Part shown: in pieces, positions 58,033 through 64,000 of the stretch | Layout of the letters: the number at the start of each line of letters is the position of its first letter | Numbering within the stretch: the first letter of the stretch is position 1 | NCBI GenBank assembly: GCA_965234725.1 | Contig: CBDDUX010000007.1 | Coordinates: forward strand, 1 to 64,000 | DNA: 64,000 nucleotides | Direction of reading: 5' to 3' | Source: Thermoplasmatota archaeon | GTDB lineage: Archaea > Thermoplasmatota > Penumbrarchaeia > Penumbrarchaeales > Penumbrarchaeaceae | Notes under the pieces: generated by a model | Told to the model about the DNA's origin: nothing | What the model saw: only the letters and a program-made list of their open reading frames with translations | The model's database searches: none | Translations under genes and position numbers: made by a program

Positions 58033-58974
58033 TCATTGAGGAGATGAAGCACCAACTTCTGTTCCCAATGTCGATATCCTGACAATGTAACTTTTTCCCC
58101 CTCTGGCAGATATTGCCTCCGCAACCTTCTCGGGATCATCGGTCAGGGCGATCATCGATCCGCCACCCCCTGCCCCTGTCAGCTTGGCACCATAGGAATA
58201 GGGAAGGGATGCATCCACCAGGGTCTGGAGTTCCTTTGAACTCACTCCAAGGATCGAGAGTAAAGAATGATTCTTGTTCATCAATGCACCGATACTCACC
58301 AGATCGTTCCGCTTCAGAGCCGGAAGGGCATCAGAAACCAGCGAACCGATCTCTTTCACGGTCTCCTTGGCGAATCCTGATCTGTCGAAAAAGGACCTCA
58401 CCTTCGCCACCTGGATATGTGTTACGGAAGGTTTACCTGTGAATCCTACAACCAGGGTCATATCCGGGACGGGTAGATCATGAATGTGCCATGTCCTCTC
58501 ACCCTTCGATATTGACCAAAGATGGTCCTCTCCCTTCTCGAAGTTCACAAGGATACCACCGCCGTGTGATGAACAGGAGGTATCAGTGGGAGAAGCTCCT
58601 CCTTGAACGTTGTATTCTATCTCGAACGCGTCCTTTGCGATCTGACCTGGGGTCGTCTCCATTCCTCTCAAATTTCTCAGAGCACAAGCGACCGAGCAGG
58701 ACAAGGCCGCGGAGGAACCCAATCCGGAAGCCCCCGGAATTGCCGATCTTATTCTGAAATCAAGGGGTTGGCCTTCCCAGAGGTTGTTCATGGCCCACCG
58801 GATGTACCGGTGTCTCCTCATTGTCAATCTTCCGCCATCCACCTTGCTTTCGCTGGACCCTTCGACCTTCACGGTTATCCTTCTATCAAGGGCGACGGCC
58901 ACAGCCGGTTCACCGTAGACAACGGCATGCTCACCGAAGAGGATAGCCTTTGCAGGTGAGGATGCCACGATCAT
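58033..58974 (-). CDS. mvk: Mevalonate kinase
   Basis: PAKAILFGEHAVVYG, P..SGLGSSAA, AS..D, KLTGAGGGG. Confidence 0.95.
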   Translation of the reverse strand: MIVASSPAKAILFGEHAVVYGEPAVAVALDRRITVKVEGSSESKVDGGRLTMRRHRYIRWAMNNLWEGQPLDFRIRSAIPGASGLGSSAALSCSVACALRNLRGMETTPGQIAKDAFEIEYNVQGGASPTDTSCSSHGGGILVNFEKGEDHLWSISKGERTWHIHDLPVPDMTLVVGFTGKPSVTHIQVAKVRSFFDRSGFAKETVKEIGSLVSDALPALKRNDLVSIGALMNKNHSLLSILGVSSKELQTLVDASLPYSYGAKLTGAGGGGSMIALTDDPEKVAEAISARGGKSYIVRISTLGTEVGASSPQ

Positions 58975-59056
58975 GCTCCTCCAAAAGGCCAGGAGTTAAA
59001 TATTGTTTGGGTTGGGCCAAAATCGTTCTATACCGTGATATGCTTTTATTGGTCTG

Positions 59057-62000
59057 TTGAACGATCAAAAAAGAATAACATGGAATGACGGACGGTCCGG
59101 ACCGATCGAGAAGTGCGGTATTGGTAGTTCAAGAGCCTCATCTCTTGAATTCAGGTCCTCAAGACATATCGATAAGGACCTAACCCTGCCCCGACCACCA
59201 TCAAAGATCCATGGCAGGACCGGACCGAAGATACCTTCACTCTTAGCAGTAATGATCCTGGTCCTCATAGCATTGATCAGACCAGGTATCGGCCAGGAAG
59301 GAGTTTCCAGGGGTTCGGTCAGTGCTGACTACGGGATCTTTTCTTCCATAGAGGAACTGTATGGGGAACAGTTGACCAGGGAGGATGATCCCCGTGTCCT
59401 GAATGCTGCAAGATCAGCTCTGGATTCTATCAGATATGAAGAAAGGACCTTTGAAGATGTGGGCACTGACATGCTGACAGAGGAAGAGCTTGAGATCCCG
59501 GAACCTATAACGCAGAGCCCGGTTGTCTTCGATGCTCTGAAACAGAATCCCATTGTAAACAACACAAACATCTTAGACTGGATACTTCCCCCGCCTACCA
59601 GCGAACAGGGGGCCTTGAACTATTTACTGTTCTTCAAGAATGGGGACAGGACCGTTTGGAAATTGGGATCGATAGTACCAAAACTGGGTATTTTCACAGA
59701 TTCCGGGTTGGATAAATGGCTATATATCGATGTGGATGGGGACACGGCCACAGGTGATCTTCAGGGGAACGATATCAGGGCCAGGATGACCTTTGCAAAG
59801 GAACTGCTTGCGAGGGATTGGGATGTTTCCCTCTTTCCCCCTTCCCTTAAATTCAACAATGCTGGGATCAGAATGGAGATTCAGGAGATCGACCCTTCCA
59901 GCAGTGGTACAGACCAAGGTGGTTCCCTCTATTTTATCAAGGGGATCTCCTACAGCGAGAAGAACTATATCTGGTCAGTAGGCGTTGGGCTGGACGAATT
60001 CAAGGGCGACCTTTCAATTAGGGTATCAGCAAGGGAATGGAGGGCTGAACCGAATCTACAACTGATCCGGCAACTTCTTCAGGGAGGGATTCTCAACCTC
60101 GGAGATCTGAATTTCCTTGAGATAGTGGGACCTTTTACTCTCTCCTATGAGTTCGAATCACCTCCACAAGAGATGAACATCTACATCTCAGTAATGAGGC
60201 TAGCTCAGAGGAGTCTTCAAGATATGGCCTATATTAAACTGGACCTATTGGCCGATGATCTACATGATACCATAATCGGTTCGGGATCACTGGTCCTAGG
60301 TGTAAACAATATGGGATCACCTATCGACTCGCTGGAGTGGAAAGCTGGAGATGAGGGTCTTCCCTCGGATTCGATCACCATGGGTATAAGATATGTGGAA
60401 TTCTCAGATGACCTGGTAGATGCCAATATCAGGATCCCATCCATGCCTGGATCCCTTCTAATGGACCTGGAATATTCAACCGACCCATCAGGGAGAAATA
60501 CCACCATTTTGGACCTTTCCGTACCTCAAGGTCTTCCAGAGCTTGAATTCCTTGAGGTCATATATCCCTCATGGGATAATGTTTTAGACCTTGAGGATTG
60601 GAATGCCACCAAACTCAACCTGTATGGTATCCCTGAAAGGATCCATCTTGAGACCACAGCTGCTGTCCCTTTCGATGTAGATAGCACAACGACCCCGAGC
60701 CTTAACATTCTTGATACATTCATGAGTCAGATCGCAGGAAGATTCTACAGGCTTGGAGAGATCCTCAGAGAGATCCCACGGGCAATTTCAGAGATGCCTT
60801 CCCGGAAGGGATCCACACTCCTGGACTGTAAAGGTGGACATATCACCGGACTCAATTATATCTCAACATCAGGAACTTATTATAATGGGACCGGGGACCT
60901 CGTCACATTCTCCGGATCCGAAGGCGAAATGCCATCGATATTCGCCTCACTACATGGAGTGGAATATTACAAGGGAAGTTTCTTTGAATCCGGTAACGAT
61001 ATCACTCTAAGACTCCACAACACTCCGAACATCAAGATCTACGCCCTATCCGGACCCCAGGAGGCTCTACTTGAGATCAGAGGGATGCCCGAACAGATAC
61101 ATCTCAGTACCTCCCAGGATATGATATCCTATGAGGGAACCAGTGGAGGGAATCCCGAAAGGATCGATTCCATAGGTTATAGGTACCGAGATGGTGATCT
61201 AAGGTTCGATGTTAACGTCCAGGACATACCGTCCTCTTTATCCATGATCAGAAGCGAGAACCAGATCGAGGTCGTATCAGGTGCAGGGGCCATCGGTTCA
61301 CTGGAGCTGTTCACATCCAATTCATCGATCTCGGGTCCGATCGATATACCGGAACGGAATTTCGCATCGGTCCTTGTTGAGAAGGACGGAGCTTCCGTGG
61401 GTCTAAGATTGAACAGGTTCAGGTCCTTTGTATACAACAATGGGACAGACGGGTTCATCGAACTTGGAACATTGACAGAAGCGAATTTCTATGGAGTGGT
61501 AAGGGATAATGTCGCATCCCTAGACATAGTGGCAGCCTTTGTTCCGCTACCATCCTTCACCCATCTTGACATGCCCTCCATAGTAGATACGCCTGAGATA
61601 TCCATACCGGACATCGCAGGAGTTAGTGCTATCACGGATTACGGAGGCATGTTGTTCTCTCTCGAATCCCTTGGTCGTGCCCCGATAACAGTGGCTTCCT
61701 CAATATCACAGGGATTGATAGGGGCTATAGGCAGGTATTCTACAGACCTTTCCCTATCATGGGACCTGGCCGAAGAGGGGTCCACATTGGACCTGATAAT
61801 CACATTGAAGAAGAAAGGATTACAGGATGTTCCGGAAGCCAAGTGGACACACGGGATATGGATGGAACAAAAGGGGGAGGGGGAAAACAGTTCCGTGAAC
61901 GGAAAGATCTTCCTCAAGGGAATGCCCACAAAAGGGGAGATCGATATATCTTTCTCGGACCAATTGATCAAGGCTGGTATAGATTTCGGGAATTACTCAC

Positions 62001-63055
62001 CTGAGTTCGATTGGTTGATGATCAGAACCACAGGTGTCCAGGGCAGGGACATCTCGATGTATGTCAAAGGTATACCCAGCGGGATAAATCTGAAACTGGA
62101 TCTGATGATCTTCACCGATCTTTCGATCGGAGGAAGGATGGTCGTCAATATGGATGTCCATGTGGAGGACAGAAAAGGAAATCCTGTTGACCTTGGTACT
62201 ATGATCGCAACCCTGATTAAAGTGGAACCTATCCTTTCCATCAGACAAATGTACCTTCCCAGGGTCCCATCGGATCTGACCCTTTATGCCGATGTGGAAA
62301 GTGGAGTGGTCGCTGACTACTCCTCCTCCAGCTCCCTGGAGTATCTCTATTTCAAGATAACCAAGCGTATAGAGGATAGATGGTCTCAGGTCTATGCGAT
62401 ATTCCACGATCTACCACTGGCTTTTTACATTAACATGACCCCAAACCATGATTTCTCAATTCAGGATCCTTTCATTACACAGGGGCTTCCTACCATCGAT
62501 CTACGTGCTGAGGGTAGGGAAATGGATATCTTCATTGAATATGACGGCTCGGGTTTTGGACAGAGGGGTAAGTTCCAGATCTATATCGATGACATAGGAT
62601 CCACTTCAGCAGGCTACGAAGATGGAGACTATGTCATAGACAGTGATGGGATGGGATTCATTTCTCTTCAGGTAGATAGGCTTCCCATTATGGAACAGTT
62701 CACCCTTTCATCGCTTTCCATCCTTGGAATGGATGTTCAGCATGTAAGGATATCATCCAAAATGGTCTATGGCATCTACCCTCAGATCCTCCTCGAGGAT
62801 ACAGAGGGTGGGTCTTTCCAGATCAAGGTGAGCGGTGATCTCAAACTGGGTGAGGACTCATTCTCTCCTGATATATTCTTTATAACACTCAGGACCTCCG
62901 AATTTGCAGGTTTCAACATTCCAACAGGATTGTTCATCAACAAGGACACATCCGCTCTCAACCTGAACAGTGGTGGAGGTGCAATTGTCCTGCCTGCTCC
63001 ACTTCTGACCAGCTGGTATATGCTGGTATCACCAATATTGGGGGGCGGTGATTGA
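59057..63055 (+). CDS. Very large hypothetical exported beta-rich protein
   Basis: 1332-aa ORF, hydrophobic segment near the N-terminus, recurring [IM]P..[IL].L strands; start uncertain. Confidence 0.75.
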   Translation: MNDQKRITWNDGRSGPIEKCGIGSSRASSLEFRSSRHIDKDLTLPRPPSKIHGRTGPKIPSLLAVMILVLIALIRPGIGQEGVSRGSVSADYGIFSSIEELYGEQLTREDDPRVLNAARSALDSIRYEERTFEDVGTDMLTEEELEIPEPITQSPVVFDALKQNPIVNNTNILDWILPPPTSEQGALNYLLFFKNGDRTVWKLGSIVPKLGIFTDSGLDKWLYIDVDGDTATGDLQGNDIRARMTFAKELLARDWDVSLFPPSLKFNNAGIRMEIQEIDPSSSGTDQGGSLYFIKGISYSEKNYIWSVGVGLDEFKGDLSIRVSAREWRAEPNLQLIRQLLQGGILNLGDLNFLEIVGPFTLSYEFESPPQEMNIYISVMRLAQRSLQDMAYIKLDLLADDLHDTIIGSGSLVLGVNNMGSPIDSLEWKAGDEGLPSDSITMGIRYVEFSDDLVDANIRIPSMPGSLLMDLEYSTDPSGRNTTILDLSVPQGLPELEFLEVIYPSWDNVLDLEDWNATKLNLYGIPERIHLETTAAVPFDVDSTTTPSLNILDTFMSQIAGRFYRLGEILREIPRAISEMPSRKGSTLLDCKGGHITGLNYISTSGTYYNGTGDLVTFSGSEGEMPSIFASLHGVEYYKGSFFESGNDITLRLHNTPNIKIYALSGPQEALLEIRGMPEQIHLSTSQDMISYEGTSGGNPERIDSIGYRYRDGDLRFDVNVQDIPSSLSMIRSENQIEVVSGAGAIGSLELFTSNSSISGPIDIPERNFASVLVEKDGASVGLRLNRFRSFVYNNGTDGFIELGTLTEANFYGVVRDNVASLDIVAAFVPLPSFTHLDMPSIVDTPEISIPDIAGVSAITDYGGMLFSLESLGRAPITVASSISQGLIGAIGRYSTDLSLSWDLAEEGSTLDLIITLKKKGLQDVPEAKWTHGIWMEQKGEGENSSVNGKIFLKGMPTKGEIDISFSDQLIKAGIDFGNYSPEFDWLMIRTTGVQGRDISMYVKGIPSGINLKLDLMIFTDLSIGGRMVVNMDVHVEDRKGNPVDLGTMIATLIKVEPILSIRQMYLPRVPSDLTLYADVESGVVADYSSSSSLEYLYFKITKRIEDRWSQVYAIFHDLPLAFYINMTPNHDFSIQDPFITQGLPTIDLRAEGREMDIFIEYDGSGFGQRGKFQIYIDDIGSTSAGYEDGDYVIDSDGMGFISLQVDRLPIMEQFTLSSLSILGMDVQHVRISSKMVYGIYPQILLEDTEGGSFQIKVSGDLKLGEDSFSPDIFFITLRTSEFAGFNIPTGLFINKDTSALNLNSGGGAIVLPAPLLTSWYMLVSPILGGGD

Positions 63056-63056
63056 G

Positions 63057-63521
63057 ATGGCAATAGTAAAAAGAGAGGGAAGAAGATGGTTCATCCCTCT
63101 GATAGCCATCTCCCTGGTCCTGATAATCTTCGCATCCTACCAGTGGATCATTCCAAGGACCGACCTGGAGGTCAGGACAGTGTATCATGAGAGTCCGAGT
63201 GGAGGAGGAACCGGTGGTGTGATCAATATCAATGTTCTGATGATCAACAAAGGAAACAGGAGGATAACGGGTCTTGATTGCATGGTCATTGTAAGGGACA
63301 TGAACGGAAAGGAGGTGGGCAGGAACATGGTCGAGGAAATGGACATAGGCACCGGAGCAAATACCGAGATCTCCATAACCGTCATTGGCAGTCAATACAA
63401 CAGTTACAGTATCAACATTGATCTGGACTTTGAAACCACAGGGGGATCAAGGGAAAGGTCTATCCAGCATATCACTACAGAGGATGTAATGAACCTGGTG
63501 TTCGTCAATAATATCAGATAG
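63057..63521 (+). CDS. Hypothetical membrane-anchored Ig-like protein
   Basis: N-terminal TM, N.GN...I motif; starts 1 nt after the previous stop. Confidence 0.7.
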   Translation: MAIVKREGRRWFIPLIAISLVLIIFASYQWIIPRTDLEVRTVYHESPSGGGTGGVININVLMINKGNRRITGLDCMVIVRDMNGKEVGRNMVEEMDIGTGANTEISITVIGSQYNSYSINIDLDFETTGGSRERSIQHITTEDVMNLVFVNNIR

Positions 63522-63524
63522 GTA

Positions 63525-64000
63525 TCAACCAAAATACCTGAGTTCATCCTTTCTTTCCTGTTCCTCTGACTCTTCTATATTCTCCTTGATCTTGGATGTT
63601 ATCTCATCTATCTGTTTTGCCTTCTCCTCAAGGGAGGAGAAATCCAATTTGAAATCCAGATACTTACCCAGAACTGTCAGGACCGATCTAGCAGACCTGG
63701 GATCAACGAAATATCCAGATGTCTCACCCATTAAACAGACACCATCCATTTTCTCCAGTTGGCCCAATCCGAGAAGTAGGCCTGAAGCGCCGATGATACC
63801 AGATGAGGGCTCCCCTTTCTTGAATAATACTCCTACTTCCTCAAGGGGGGCTTTTAATGATATATCCGTCACCGCTCCCAGAACCCCTGGTTCTTCTATT
63901 AACTTGATAACACCATATCCACCAAGAGTGAATATCAATGAGACAGATAACTCCTTTGCTAGCTCTATGGATGCCATTGAAAGTTCGTATTGGCCTTCTG
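63525..64000 (-). CDS. PAC2-family proteasome assembly chaperone (5'-truncated by the window edge)
   Basis: IFTLGGY, GIIGASGLLL, CLMGETSGYFVDP.SA, C-terminal YFG. Confidence 0.9.
   Translation of the reverse strand, partial: EGQYELSMASIELAKELSVSLIFTLGGYGVIKLIEEPGVLGAVTDISLKAPLEEVGVLFKKGEPSSGIIGASGLLLGLGQLEKMDGVCLMGETSGYFVDPRSARSVLTVLGKYLDFKLDFSSLEEKAKQIDEITSKIKENIEESEEQERKDELRYFG

Noticed and set aside
294-63395. Numerous short ORFs antisense to or nested in the called genes
   Set aside because: Shadow frames of well-supported CDSs with no motifs.

Overview
Gene-dense archaeal chromosome segment, most consistent with a Thermoplasmatota lineage (inference from PAN, a PAC2-family chaperone, PolB2, mevalonate kinase, DUF835 and wHTH-STAND-TPR regulators, many peptidases and large TM-anchored surface proteins). 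No rRNA, tRNA, CRISPR array, transposase or integrase was recognised. Main points: (1) an 881-bp AbrB/PIN toxin-antitoxin cassette lies between 120-bp direct repeats that are the 3' half of a ferredoxin gene, so it appears to have inserted while replacing the gene's tail. (2) An unannotated 445-aa protein with an HPPD/HglS-like His-His-Glu pattern is coupled to an FAD 2-hydroxyacid dehydrogenase, a candidate 2-oxoacid catabolic module. (3) The inactive-RadA + arCOG07300-like + PolB2 trio is split by a ~12-kb AT-richer arsenic/thiol-redox island. (4) That island carries two matching double-operator promoters (TTCAA-N6-TTGAA pairs flanking a TATA-like box). (5) An orphan N4-C/N6-A methyltransferase is fused to an SNase-like domain. 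All family assignments come from motif reading, not database searches.
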